Source: an uncultured archaeon | Lineage (GTDB): Archaea; Thermoproteota; Bathyarchaeia; Bathyarchaeales; Bathycorpusculaceae | Length of the DNA stretch: 64,000 nucleotides | Assembly: GCA_963810275.1 (NCBI GenBank) | Contig: CAWENF010000003.1 | Coordinates: 1 to 64,000, forward strand | Direction: 5' to 3' | Shown here: positions 50,767 to 60,609 of the stretch, in pieces | Position numbering within the stretch: position 1 is the first letter of the stretch | How the letters are laid out: every line of letters begins with the position of its first letter | Made by a program: the position numbers and the translations under genes | The notes under the pieces: model-generated | What the model was told of the DNA's origin: nothing | The model's input: only the letters and a program-made list of their open reading frames with translations | The model's database searches: none

Positions 50767-51930
50767 TTAAGAAGCTTTGCTTTTAAGCAAATCAAAATAC
50801 AACCGCTCATACTGTTTGGCAACAGAACCCCAGCATTCACGCCTAGCAAATTGAAGATTCTGCCAACACATCTTTTCTGTAACGTCAGAATCATAAAGCA
50901 CATCTAAAATAGCTTTTTTGAAGCTTTTTACATCGCCTTCTGGAACTAAAAGCGCTGAGGCGCCTTCATTTACCAATTCTTTTATTTCAGGCAATGCGGA
51001 AGCAACAATGGGTTTTCCAAACCCGCAAGCCAAATGAAAAACGCCGCTTGTTCCAGTAGCCGTTGCATAGGGTAAAACAACAACATCAGAGCCGCAAAAT
51101 ACTTTTTCCACATTTTCTTGAGGGACATAACCCAAAAACTCCACACCTTTGGGTGCAACAGCCCTCAAATCAGACAAATAACTCGGATAGTTAGGGTGAC
51201 TTTCTCCGGCCAAAACCAATTTTATTCCAGGAGTTTCTTTTGAAATTTGCTCGTAAGCCTCAAAAAGCGTCGGCAACCCTTTAAAAGGGCTCATGTGCCC
51301 AAACATCAACACAACTTTATCTGATTTCTTATTACAATGAACTAAACGATCCACATTAGAGAGAACTGTGCCATGTGGGATGTAACTAATATTTTTTGAA
51401 CTAAACCGTTTTTGGATATCCTCGGCATACCACCGAACAGGAGTAACTAAACTAGAAGATAAAACAGCGTGCCGCATAGCCAAAAAAATGCCTACACGGT
51501 TTATAAAGCTGGACTTGATTTTTAACTTCTCAAAGTTCACTCTGTCAGCTAAGTTATGAAGTAAAACGACAGTTCGCAACTTAAACAAGCGACATAAACC
51601 AATTAAGGCGAAACCAAAGAAATTAGATAAACGGCTATTTCCATAACTCTGAAAATGCAAATTAAAATGCACTATATCCGGCTTTAAACCCAAAATAATC
51701 TTAATTAGCCTCAAAATAGAAATCGGGTTGTCACCCCGCCAAACTCTAAAAACTTCAATCTTGCCTTCAGCACCAACCACCTCGTGGCTGCTTGCGCCAT
51801 TAACAACATCAGATAATACATAGACTTTGCTAATTGCCGCTCTTGCAGCTATCGCCTCTACTAAATTCTGGGCATACTCGCTTAGACGGGCGTGAGTAGG
51901 TGGATAACAAGACACAAAGCAAACACGCAT
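50767..51930 (-). CDS. Glycosyltransferase family 4
   Basis: S.YPP, IPHG, FG...P.KG, VVLPY....SGV..LA..FGKP. Confidence 0.9.
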   Translation of the reverse strand: MRVCFVSCYPPTHARLSEYAQNLVEAIAARAAISKVYVLSDVVNGASSHEVVGAEGKIEVFRVWRGDNPISILRLIKIILGLKPDIVHFNLHFQSYGNSRLSNFFGFALIGLCRLFKLRTVVLLHNLADRVNFEKLKIKSSFINRVGIFLAMRHAVLSSSLVTPVRWYAEDIQKRFSSKNISYIPHGTVLSNVDRLVHCNKKSDKVVLMFGHMSPFKGLPTLFEAYEQISKETPGIKLVLAGESHPNYPSYLSDLRAVAPKGVEFLGYVPQENVEKVFCGSDVVVLPYATATGTSGVFHLACGFGKPIVASALPEIKELVNEGASALLVPEGDVKSFKKAILDVLYDSDVTEKMCWQNLQFARRECWGSVAKQYERLYFDLLKSKAS

Positions 51931-52071
51931 CTATGGACTTCACAAAACATTATGCCACGGCGCATTTTAATAAGGTTTTAGTCAAAAGTAAGAAAGAAAA
52001 ATCACAAACAAGATACCGGCACTAGACTCAAAATCCCAACCCGCAAAAAATAGATCCAAACACTAAAACAA

Positions 52072-52123
52072 AGTTGTTGTTGTTGCTGCATCTATTCACC
52101 CACTAGCTGTTGCAACAACTACA
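52072..52123. repeat. GTTGTTGTTGC...GTTGCAACAACTACA palindromic intergenic repeat, copy 2
   Basis: See 27361-27417. Confidence 0.6.
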
Positions 52124-52234
52124 ATCAATCCAAAATTATTCATCTTAACGCTGATAAGAAACATAATCTAACCATAACTCGAACCATCAGCAGTTACAGC
52201 TCCCTTAACAAACTCACGTAGACATCTCTCTCAC

Positions 52235-53182
52235 TCAACCGACCTGATTTTCGGAGACCTTCAAAGCATACAAACCACGCAAACCCTCATTCAAACTAAT
52301 AGAAGGCTCAAAACCTAGCATGCGCCGCATCTTAGAAATATCGGCATAACTATTCTTAATGTCACCGCCACGCTCACCAACAAAGTTAATGTCAAGTTTC
52401 TGTTTGGACAACTTTAGTATTGTTTCAGCCAACTGCTTAATAGTTGTAGACTGACCCGAACCCACATTAAAGATTTCACCTGACACCGAACGCTCAACGC
52501 TAGCAACCACTGCAGCTGCAACATCCCGCACATTAACAAAATCCCTAGTCTGCAAACCATCACCATAAACTGTCAGAGGTTTTTTCTGGATACAACAATC
52601 CATAAAACGGGTTATCACGCCGCTATAATCGTTGAGTGGCTGCCGAGGACCATAAACGTTGAAAAACCTCAAGACCACAGTCTGCAACAAACCTCGAGCG
52701 CTAAAACCTTGGGTGTAGCGTTCGCCTAAAAGTTTAGACTCAGCATAAGGCGAAATAGGATTAGTTCTTATGTCCTCGGTCACAGGCAAAACTTCAGGAT
52801 CACCGCAAACTGCGCAGCTGGAAACAAACACAAACCTGGAAACGCCAGTTTCAGCGCTCAGCTTAAGCATATTTTGTGTACCATTCAAGTTTATATCAAA
52901 AGTCAACTCTGGATTCTTAACCGAAATTGGTACGCTAACCAAAGCGGCAAAATGAGCCACCGCATCAATACCCCGTAAGCATTCCTTAACAACAATTGGG
53001 TCCCGAATGTCACCTTTAACTAACTCAGCTTTACCTGAATTCAAATGGACCTCAACATTACGAATGTCACCTGAAGATAAGTCGTCCAAGATTCTAACGT
53101 TATGTCCCTCTTTGATTAAGCAATCAACCGTGTGGCTACCTATGAAGCCTGCGCCGCCTGTGACTAAAACCGTTCGTGACAT
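52235..53182 (-). CDS. NAD-dependent epimerase (UDP-hexose/HexNAc 4-epimerase-like)
   Basis: VTGGAGFIGSH, SPYAESK, LRFFNVYGPRQ, GDGLQTRDF. Confidence 0.93.
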   Translation of the reverse strand: MSRTVLVTGGAGFIGSHTVDCLIKEGHNVRILDDLSSGDIRNVEVHLNSGKAELVKGDIRDPIVVKECLRGIDAVAHFAALVSVPISVKNPELTFDINLNGTQNMLKLSAETGVSRFVFVSSCAVCGDPEVLPVTEDIRTNPISPYAESKLLGERYTQGFSARGLLQTVVLRFFNVYGPRQPLNDYSGVITRFMDCCIQKKPLTVYGDGLQTRDFVNVRDVAAAVVASVERSVSGEIFNVGSGQSTTIKQLAETILKLSKQKLDINFVGERGGDIKNSYADISKMRRMLGFEPSISLNEGLRGLYALKVSENQVG

Positions 53183-53417
53183 AGACGTAATGGTGCACCT
53201 GCTTGTTATTGTATATTACATTAGAAAAAACTTAAAACACCAACAATCCAATCTTAGAGTTAACTATTGGTTTTCATTTTTCTAATATAAGCCCAAAAAC
53301 GACAGCGATGACTTCGGGATCGCCAAAATTTATTATTAATAATTATGCCAATTAACCCCTGCAGCTAACACTTGCTTCAGTGGAAATATTCAATCTCTGC
53401 ATGTGTACTGTACAAAT

Positions 53418-54662
53418 TTAAGATAAAAGACCTTTATTGGCGGCTGACCCCATCGAGCCATCTTTAGCAGTTTTCGTCCAGTCACGGGGTCGTCTAAAGA
53501 CCAGCTTCAGAAATGCCCATCCAGCGATAAACATTTGCAAAAGCCAGTAAAGGTATATTGAGGGGATCCAGATGATGTTTCGTTTTTTAATGGGTTTTTC
53601 TGAGGCTGTTAAGGCTACACCGATTGAAACTAGCGATACCGCTGTTAGAGCTATCACTAGCCCAGTGAAATTCAAAATTGGTGTGCTCTGAGATAGGAAA
53701 AGCACCACTAAGAACCAGTTGAGGTAGCTTAGTAGCGAAATAACCATCATGAATGGGCCACCCATTGAGATTTCTGCGTCGACGGTGCGTTTGTTTATGT
53801 TTTCCAGTAACCGCCCATATTTGAGGCTGGTTTCCATGTAGCCACGGTACCAACGCACCCTTTGTTTAACCAAACTGCGCAGTGAATTTGGAGTTTCCTG
53901 CCATGAACAAATGTCTGGAGTGTACTTTATTCTATGATTCTTCTCAACCAGACGTAGTGCAAATTCAACGTCTTCTGTTAAGGAGTTTTCATCCCAGCCA
54001 CCCAGCTCCTCAATCACATTGCGCCTTATGAACTGGCAAGTGCCGTTAAGGGGAACGAACAGTTCCAGTTTTTCTCTACCACTAAGCAACATCTGAAACC
54101 AAGCTTTTTCCTCCATGGCTATAACTCGTGTTAGAGCACTGCTTTTCTCGTTAATCGAGATGGTTCTTCCCTGTATTGCTTTGATGCTCTTGTCGTCAAA
54201 GTAAGAAGTTGCTTTACACAAAACATCTGGTTCAGGCAGGCTATCTGAGTCGAATACCGCTATAATTTCCCCGTTGGTATAAGAAAACGCAAGGTTAAGC
54301 GCAGCAGGTTTGCCGCAAGTACCCTGCTCGGAAACAACCTTAAAGATTTCAGGATATTTCTGTTCAAACTCCGAGCATATTTTCATGGTGTCATCCGCAG
54401 AGTTTCCATCAACCACCACCACTTGGATTTTTTCTTTCGGGTAATCCAAAGCCAGAATGCCATCTAAGCAACGACGAATAACTAACTGCTCGTTTTTTGT
54501 TGGAACAATAAAGGAGTATTTAGGCTGGTAACTGCTAGGGGGAAGGGCAGTTTGGATTTTGCGTTTGTTACGCACACCAATGTAGATGATGGCGCCATTG
54601 TATAGAGACCAAAAAAGCAGTACAGCCAGCAGCACCATGGATATTATGTCAACAACAATCAT
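53418..54662 (-). CDS. Processive GT2, cellulose-synthase/IcaA-like
   Basis: D,D,D,QxxRW signature (VDG, DSD, TED, QRVRW), GKPAALN, N- and C-terminal TM helices. Confidence 0.92.
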   Translation of the reverse strand: MIVVDIISMVLLAVLLFWSLYNGAIIYIGVRNKRKIQTALPPSSYQPKYSFIVPTKNEQLVIRRCLDGILALDYPKEKIQVVVVDGNSADDTMKICSEFEQKYPEIFKVVSEQGTCGKPAALNLAFSYTNGEIIAVFDSDSLPEPDVLCKATSYFDDKSIKAIQGRTISINEKSSALTRVIAMEEKAWFQMLLSGREKLELFVPLNGTCQFIRRNVIEELGGWDENSLTEDVEFALRLVEKNHRIKYTPDICSWQETPNSLRSLVKQRVRWYRGYMETSLKYGRLLENINKRTVDAEISMGGPFMMVISLLSYLNWFLVVLFLSQSTPILNFTGLVIALTAVSLVSIGVALTASEKPIKKRNIIWIPSIYLYWLLQMFIAGWAFLKLVFRRPRDWTKTAKDGSMGSAANKGLLS

Positions 54663-54788
54663 GGTTTTCCCGCCTTCAAGCCTGCAAGCCCGATGGGGGC
54701 GGCGTAGATCCGATTTATTCTAAATAAGTTGAGTTTGCCCCAAACCGTCAGGTCTGCAAACCGACAGGCACGAGGGAGAATAAACCGC
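54663..54788 (-). promoter_or_regulatory. GC-rich structured 5' leader with twin TGCA-centred hairpins (candidate cis-regulatory RNA or paired operator)
   Basis: Related palindromes at 54673-54696 and 54745-54768; an outer GGTTT..TCCC / GGGAAAACC pairing abuts the ATG. Confidence 0.45.
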
Positions 54789-54975
54789 TTTTTCATTACA
54801 AATGTCACTATACCCGTTAAACTTTTTAACCTTATGTTTTGCCCTATTTATATTAAGTAATCAGCCCGAATGTTTTACTGCAAGACACATAAATAACTAT
54901 CTGAATTACCGCTATTCAGCTAAGGTAAATTTAGAGACCCTCGTTTTAGAAATTTTAAAAATAAATAACTATGTA

Positions 54976-55587
54976 TTAAGAACTCATAAACGTCACAAAA
55001 TCCGCCAAACTTCGAGGCTGAAGGACATAATTTGTTTTACGCTCTCTCCCAACCGTCGAAGAAGGCACAGCACCATAATCATGCCCAGGATAAATCTCCA
55101 AGTTATCGGGCAACGTTACGATTTTGTCAAACAAACTATGATATAATTGTTCAGAGTCACCGCCGGGCAAATCGGTTCTACCGCATTCCCCAACAAACAG
55201 CGTGTCGCCAGTAAGGAGTTTCTTCCCGTCAACTATGAGGCAGATGCCATCTTTGGTATGTCCTGGCGTGTAAAGTACCCTGATTATGGTTTTGCCAACT
55301 GAAAGTTCGTCACCGTCCTCAACCCGAACGTCACAGTCCACTTCTGCTTGTTTATGAGCAACGATTACTGCTCCGGACGCTTGCTTGAGTTGGCTATTAC
55401 CTGCAGTATGATCGGAGTGCCCATGAGTATTTATAATATATTTGAGTTTGAAGCCTTCCGTTTGAAGTATTTTGATGATCTTGCCAGCATTATAGCTTGA
55501 ATCCACCACGGCGGCTTCACATGTCTGTTTGTCAGCGATTATATAACTGAAGTTGTCACCGTGCTGCTGAAGTTGCCTAAAAAACAC
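54976..55587 (-). CDS. Metallo-beta-lactamase-fold hydrolase (glyoxalase II-like)
   Basis: THGHSDH, TPGHT, TGDTLF, GRTDL, YPGHDYG. Confidence 0.93.
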   Translation of the reverse strand: MFFRQLQQHGDNFSYIIADKQTCEAAVVDSSYNAGKIIKILQTEGFKLKYIINTHGHSDHTAGNSQLKQASGAVIVAHKQAEVDCDVRVEDGDELSVGKTIIRVLYTPGHTKDGICLIVDGKKLLTGDTLFVGECGRTDLPGGDSEQLYHSLFDKIVTLPDNLEIYPGHDYGAVPSSTVGRERKTNYVLQPRSLADFVTFMSS

Positions 55588-55588
55588 C

Positions 55589-56080
55589 TTAAACCCTCTC
55601 CTGCTCGGCTCGACGCTTTGTCAGCATCTCTTTTGCCAACACTCTTCCGTTTTCAGAATAGATTAAATCAACTATTTTTTCCCAGTCAAAACCTTCCCGT
55701 ACGTTATAGGTAGGATATTCTTCGGGGGTAAACATAACCAGTTTGTCAGCGTCATAAAGTGACTTAAAAGCGTCACTGGGCGCTTCGGGGTGGTCATGGT
55801 GTGTAGCTATTATAAGACAGACTTGCCGAATGAAGCTCTCGGAGCAATCCATTTGCTTGAGCAGTTCGGTAGCAATTTCAGGTCCCTGCTCGTATTGGTC
55901 TTTTATGCTGCAGCCACCGATGTCATGAAGGATAATGGAGGCGTAAGTTAAGTCCTCCATCGGAAACTGCGCTGGAAAATGCTGCTTTGCTAAATCCAAG
56001 ACGCGCTGTGTATGAGCTACACCAAAGTCGTTTTTGTCAAGGATTGGCGTAGCGAGTTGCCAAAGTTTCTGTAAGTCCAA
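55589..56080 (-). CDS. HD-domain phosphohydrolase
   Basis: HTQRV, LHDIG, THH, DADKL. Confidence 0.9.
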   Translation of the reverse strand: MDLQKLWQLATPILDKNDFGVAHTQRVLDLAKQHFPAQFPMEDLTYASIILHDIGGCSIKDQYEQGPEIATELLKQMDCSESFIRQVCLIIATHHDHPEAPSDAFKSLYDADKLVMFTPEEYPTYNVREGFDWEKIVDLIYSENGRVLAKEMLTKRRAEQERV

Positions 56081-56153
56081 ACCTTTTCACTCTGTAGACT
56101 TGATTTTGGATAAACAGTATAAAAGCTGTTTCTGTCCCAAAAACAAGAAGATA

Positions 56154-56903
56154 TCACTGGTTAAGCAACAGTTTTGTCATAGCTTTGACGTCATTAGGCG
56201 GAAAACCCGAATAATACTTTGCAAAGTACCCAAAGAACTCTTTCTCGGTAACGTATGGCTTGAGTTTCTGTGCCCAGGCAGAGGTGTCGGTTGCTCGATC
56301 CACTTCTGCTTTACCCAAGGTACCATCTACAACTTTGCGGTCGCCTTCCCAGCGCATATAAAGAAAACCAGCGGTAACCTCACAGATGTCAACCATCAGA
56401 TCGGTGCTGGTCCACGCCAACGCCACACCTTGATCCCGCAACAAACCGTAGAATTCGGGGGTGAGCCATGTTTTGTTCCGGACTTCCACCACGTAAAGGT
56501 TACCTTTGGGAAGCAACCGCAGGTAAGCCTCTAAATCCGCCATGTGTTTGCTGGTAAAGGTAGGCGGGAATTGGAGCAGGAGAGGCCCCAGTTTTTCCTC
56601 AAGCAAGTCAACTCTGGATAGAAAAGCGTCTGTTTGGGGCTGGCAGTCTCTAAGCATACGGATATGGGTTATTAACTGAGGAAACTTTATTGAAAACAAA
56701 AAGCCCTCCGGGGTCTGGGCATGCCAGTTCTTGACTGTTTGCTCGGAGGGTATACGATAAAACGTACTATCTACCTCAACCGTGTCAAAATGCGAAGCGT
56801 AATACGAGAGGTAATCCGCTGCTTTCGACTTAGGCGGATAGAAACCTCCACGCCAAAACGCGTAGCTCCACCCCAACGTCCCGAGGTGAAACTTAAGTAT
56901 CAC
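56154..56903 (-). CDS. DUF72 (YecE/UPF0759) protein
   Basis: GT.GWSY..W...FYP, VEVDSTFY..P, F.FS.KFP..ITH, LGPLLLQFPP. Confidence 0.93.
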   Translation of the reverse strand: MILKFHLGTLGWSYAFWRGGFYPPKSKAADYLSYYASHFDTVEVDSTFYRIPSEQTVKNWHAQTPEGFLFSIKFPQLITHIRMLRDCQPQTDAFLSRVDLLEEKLGPLLLQFPPTFTSKHMADLEAYLRLLPKGNLYVVEVRNKTWLTPEFYGLLRDQGVALAWTSTDLMVDICEVTAGFLYMRWEGDRKVVDGTLGKAEVDRATDTSAWAQKLKPYVTEKEFFGYFAKYYSGFPPNDVKAMTKLLLNQ

Positions 56904-58329
56904 TGTCTTTACCCTTCAGCAGCAGCCAGTTTTTTTGACCAGACCTCTTAAGCCGAACCAAAACATAGCGCCCCTTCAAGCGCTGGCCGTCAAGCGTAAC
57001 TTCAATTTTGTCCTTCTCCCACAGTTTAGGAGTATACTTGCCATGATCCCATATCTTGACTGAACCAGCACCGTACTGACCCTTTGGGATGGTGCCCTCG
57101 AATTTGGCGTACTCATATGGATGATCCTCAGTTTCCACCGCTAGGTGCCGCACGTTTGGGGCTTCAGGTATGCCTTTGGGGACAGCCCAGCTTTTAAGCA
57201 CACCACTATTCTCCAGCCGGAAATCCCAGTGAAGATGTGAGGCATCGTGTTCCTGCACCACAAAAATGTAAGGCTCTTTAATTTCTGATTGTTCCCTGGG
57301 TTCTGGGGTTGCTTGGAAATTACGTTTAGCTACGTAAGCACCTAATTTTTCGTCGGAAGGCAGGGTTTTTAGTTGTTCACCGGTTAATTGGTCGAGCGTG
57401 CATTGTTCTGGTTTTTTGTCGTCTCTTAATCTTTTAAAACGTGCCATTCTCAATTTCCCATCCGATGTCAATACTTGGTAGGCGACTTCACAGACCAACT
57501 TGGGTTTCAGCCAAGTGACTACGTCGCCCTGTTCAGGCGTAAACGCCGCAGTATCAGATTTGATTTCGCCAAATTTATCCATTAAACTATGCAGCACCGC
57601 CTCGCTAAAGCCTGTTCCGACTTTTCCCACGTAAACAGGCTGCCCGTTTTGGTCGTAGACACCCAGCAGAAGTGCACCAAATGTTTCTGAACGAACATTC
57701 TGGCCGTGAGTAAAACCGAAAATGACGCAGTCAGCGGTTTTGAGCTTCTTAATTTTAAGCCAGCTGCCAGTACGCAAGCCTTCCTCATATTGACTGTCCT
57801 TGCGTTTCGCCACAACACCCTCCAAGCCTTTCTGCAGCGCCAACTCGAAGTAGGCTTCGCCTTTTTCCTCAATAAAATCACAGAGCAACACATTTGAGCC
57901 TTCCTTGACGGTGCGCTGGAGTATGGCTTTACGTTCAGTTAACGGCAACTGCGTGAGAGGGTCTCCGTCTTTTTCAAGGATGTCAAACACGATGTAGACG
58001 GCGGCGTGCTGCTGGGTTTGGCGCCTGATTTCGCCCTCAGAGACCGCTTGCCCCCGTTTTAGCAAAGTTTGAAAGTCAGGTGCACCATTTTCCATGACAA
58101 CAATTTCCCCGTCCAAAACCACATTGGATGCAAGTCCTGTTAGCTGGTTTAGTTCAGGAAAATTCTGCTTGAGCTCTTTACCATTACGACTCCTGAGGGT
58201 AAACGGCTGCTCAACATAAGCTAAAGCGCGGAAGCCGTCCCATTTAACCTCAAAAATCCAGCCCGAACCCGAAAATGGTTCCTCAGCAGATTTCGCAAGC
58301 ATGGGACGATAGAAGCGTGTTCGGGTCAT
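56893..58329 (-). CDS. ligD: NHEJ ATP-dependent DNA ligase with a C-terminal 3'-phosphoesterase domain (LigD LIG-PE)
   Basis: Ligase motifs EVKWDG, LDGEIV, VFDIL, EGVVAK, WLKIK, GKVGTGF; PE motifs KRNF..TPEP, FVVQEHDASHLHWDFRLE, KSWAVPKG, YGAG.V.IWD.G. Confidence 0.95.
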   Translation of the reverse strand: MTRTRFYRPMLAKSAEEPFSGSGWIFEVKWDGFRALAYVEQPFTLRSRNGKELKQNFPELNQLTGLASNVVLDGEIVVMENGAPDFQTLLKRGQAVSEGEIRRQTQQHAAVYIVFDILEKDGDPLTQLPLTERKAILQRTVKEGSNVLLCDFIEEKGEAYFELALQKGLEGVVAKRKDSQYEEGLRTGSWLKIKKLKTADCVIFGFTHGQNVRSETFGALLLGVYDQNGQPVYVGKVGTGFSEAVLHSLMDKFGEIKSDTAAFTPEQGDVVTWLKPKLVCEVAYQVLTSDGKLRMARFKRLRDDKKPEQCTLDQLTGEQLKTLPSDEKLGAYVAKRNFQATPEPREQSEIKEPYIFVVQEHDASHLHWDFRLENSGVLKSWAVPKGIPEAPNVRHLAVETEDHPYEYAKFEGTIPKGQYGAGSVKIWDHGKYTPKLWEKDKIEVTLDGQRLKGRYVLVRLKRSGQKNWLLLKGKDSDT

Positions 58330-59186
58330 TTCTGCTGTTCCAGTTGCTGAAGAGTCTCCCGCAACGCCGACATCAAGTTTTTAGCTTGCTCCTCAGGCTG
58401 CTTGGTGACTGTGATTTTTTCGCCTTTTTGTTTCTGCTCTATGAGTTGCTGCACTTTCTCTTGATAGGTATCATGGAATTCACCGATGTTGAAGTCCCCT
58501 GATAGGTCAGATATGATTTTGACTGCGAGGTCAAGTTCAGTTTTCTTAGGTTCGGGCAGGCTGCCAAGTTTCTCAAAATCTCGCGGATCCACAACATCAT
58601 AGGCATAGCGTAGTGTAGTTAAAACCAAGGCACCCTTGTATGTATGTAGCAACGCCGGATACTCTTTGGTTCGCAACGTAATTTGGGCGGCCCCAGCTTT
58701 GTTGGTTTTCTCAAGCGCTCGAAGCAGCAAGTTATAGGAGTCTTTGCTTTTATCAGGTAACAAAGCGTAGGTACGGTCAAAATACACAGGATCCACGGAG
58801 AAGTAATCGACGAATTTGCTTATGCGAATGCGGCGGTCAGATTCGGGGCGAACTGCATCAAGTTCTGGCTTTTCAAATATTATGTATTCATCCTTGGCGA
58901 CCTCATATCCGCGCACAACCTCATTCCAAGGCACAACTTTGTCTTCTTTAGTGCAGACCTTAACATACTTCAACGGGTACCCATCAGTTTTATGCAAAAA
59001 ATGAAAGCTAACACCCTTATCGTAAATCATCGAGTACAATTTGACTGGAACGTTGACCAAACCTATTGTTATAGAACCAGACCACATGCTCCTGCTAGGA
59101 GCCGCTGCGCTTGGCGTCTCAGGCTGCTGCTCAATGGATTCTGTTTGTTTTTGTTCTGAACTCAAAAAACATCCTCCGCAAAACAT
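58326..59186 (-). CDS. ku: NHEJ DNA end-binding protein Ku
   Basis: RSMWSGSITIGLVNVPVKLY, VRGYE, FV....VDPVYFDRTY, F.DTY, NLMSALRETL. True start is probably the TTG near 59165. Confidence 0.96.
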   Translation of the reverse strand: MFCGGCFLSSEQKQTESIEQQPETPSAAAPSRSMWSGSITIGLVNVPVKLYSMIYDKGVSFHFLHKTDGYPLKYVKVCTKEDKVVPWNEVVRGYEVAKDEYIIFEKPELDAVRPESDRRIRISKFVDYFSVDPVYFDRTYALLPDKSKDSYNLLLRALEKTNKAGAAQITLRTKEYPALLHTYKGALVLTTLRYAYDVVDPRDFEKLGSLPEPKKTELDLAVKIISDLSGDFNIGEFHDTYQEKVQQLIEQKQKGEKITVTKQPEEQAKNLMSALRETLQQLEQQK

Positions 59187-59256
59187 TGATTAGTGTACAG
59201 TTAAATTTAGTCGGGTCTATGGTTTAACCTTTTTTGACGGTTAGAGTTACTGTTCT

Positions 59257-60531
59257 TTATTTTGCAGGATTAGTGCATACTACTTTAGCAATGTGCCCCA
59301 AACCAGTAAAAAAATGATCAGGTTTTTTGTTGGGGCAATGCGTCTCAGCCATTTTTGCTTTGGTCGACTCCAGTGCCTCCCGCGCTCTCAGTCCACCTAA
59401 CTCGTTAGCAACTTCTTTTAGGCGCTTAGGGATGTTTATGTGCTGGGGACATCGTTCCAAGCATTGCCCACAATCCTTGCAGATCTCCGCGTCCGCCCGT
59501 ATGCCTGTCAAACCTCCCATCAGGAACAAAGCGTACATTGAGCGGGCTTGCTGTTCGTCGCCGGTTAGGCAGAACTCATTGTATGCTTGGAAGTTGCGAG
59601 GTATGTTTACCCCGTTAGCACAGGGCATGCAGTATTGGCAACCTGTGCATGGTATGGTTAAGAGTTTGCAGTACGCTTCAGCGACTTCACTTGTTACTTT
59701 GAGCTCTTGCGGGGTCAATGAGTTGGGCAGGGTGAATTCGGCGATTTTTAGGTTCTCTTCTACTTGGGCTTCGTCGTTCATGCCTGACAGCGCGAGGGTA
59801 ACTTCGGGATGGTTTAGAACCCAACTCAGCGCCCAATCAGCCGGACTACGCTTAATAGGAGCATTGTCGTAGATGTCGTTTATTGCCTTTGGAAGGTTAG
59901 CTACTAGGTTGCCGCCTTTAAGCGGCTCCATAACTATCACCGCCAAGTTCTTGGAGGCAGCGTACTTGAGTCCCTCGGTTCCCGCCTGCAACTTTTCATC
60001 CAGCATGTTGTACTGGATTTGGCACATCACCCAATCTGCTGCATTTATGATTTCCTTAAACGTGCCGAGACCACCATGGAAAGAAAACGACATGTTAACG
60101 ATTTTTCCTTCAGTCTTGGCTTTCTCTAAGAATTTGACGGCGCCGAAATCCTGCAATTTCTTCCAAAAGTTCGCTTCCAACCCATGAAGCAAGTAGTAGT
60201 CTATGTGGTCGGTTTGGAGTTTTTCAAGAGAGGCATCAAGCATTCTTTGCATGTCCTCCGGTTTCTGAAGCATAAAGGGCGTGAGTTTTGTGGCGACTTT
60301 AACTTTTTCTCGATAACCGTCCCTCAAGGCTTTTCCGAGCACTACTTCGCTTTCGCCATTGTGATAAGGTGGTGCGGTATCTACGTAGTTTACGCCCTTA
60401 TCTATGGCAAGGCGTATTTGCTTGATAGCCCGCTGCTCATCAATGGTTTGCTCCTTCATCGGCAGGCGCATGCAGCCGAAGCCGAGAACTGACAAGCGAT
60501 CACCGTTTTTAGGAACAATTCTGTACTGCAT
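59257..60531 (-). CDS. Aldo/keto reductase with a C-terminal 4Fe-4S domain
   Basis: S.LGFGCMRLP, DTA..Y, ATKL, IDYYLLH, MEPL.GG; CTGCQYCMPC and CKDCGQCLERCP. Confidence 0.93.
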   Translation of the reverse strand: MQYRIVPKNGDRLSVLGFGCMRLPMKEQTIDEQRAIKQIRLAIDKGVNYVDTAPPYHNGESEVVLGKALRDGYREKVKVATKLTPFMLQKPEDMQRMLDASLEKLQTDHIDYYLLHGLEANFWKKLQDFGAVKFLEKAKTEGKIVNMSFSFHGGLGTFKEIINAADWVMCQIQYNMLDEKLQAGTEGLKYAASKNLAVIVMEPLKGGNLVANLPKAINDIYDNAPIKRSPADWALSWVLNHPEVTLALSGMNDEAQVEENLKIAEFTLPNSLTPQELKVTSEVAEAYCKLLTIPCTGCQYCMPCANGVNIPRNFQAYNEFCLTGDEQQARSMYALFLMGGLTGIRADAEICKDCGQCLERCPQHINIPKRLKEVANELGGLRAREALESTKAKMAETHCPNKKPDHFFTGLGHIAKVVCTNPAK

Positions 60532-60609
60532 AACTCATACACTCCAAACAAAACAATACAGGTAATATCAAGGAAAAAAACAAAGCGAATAACTTAAAGA
60601 TATGCTAAG

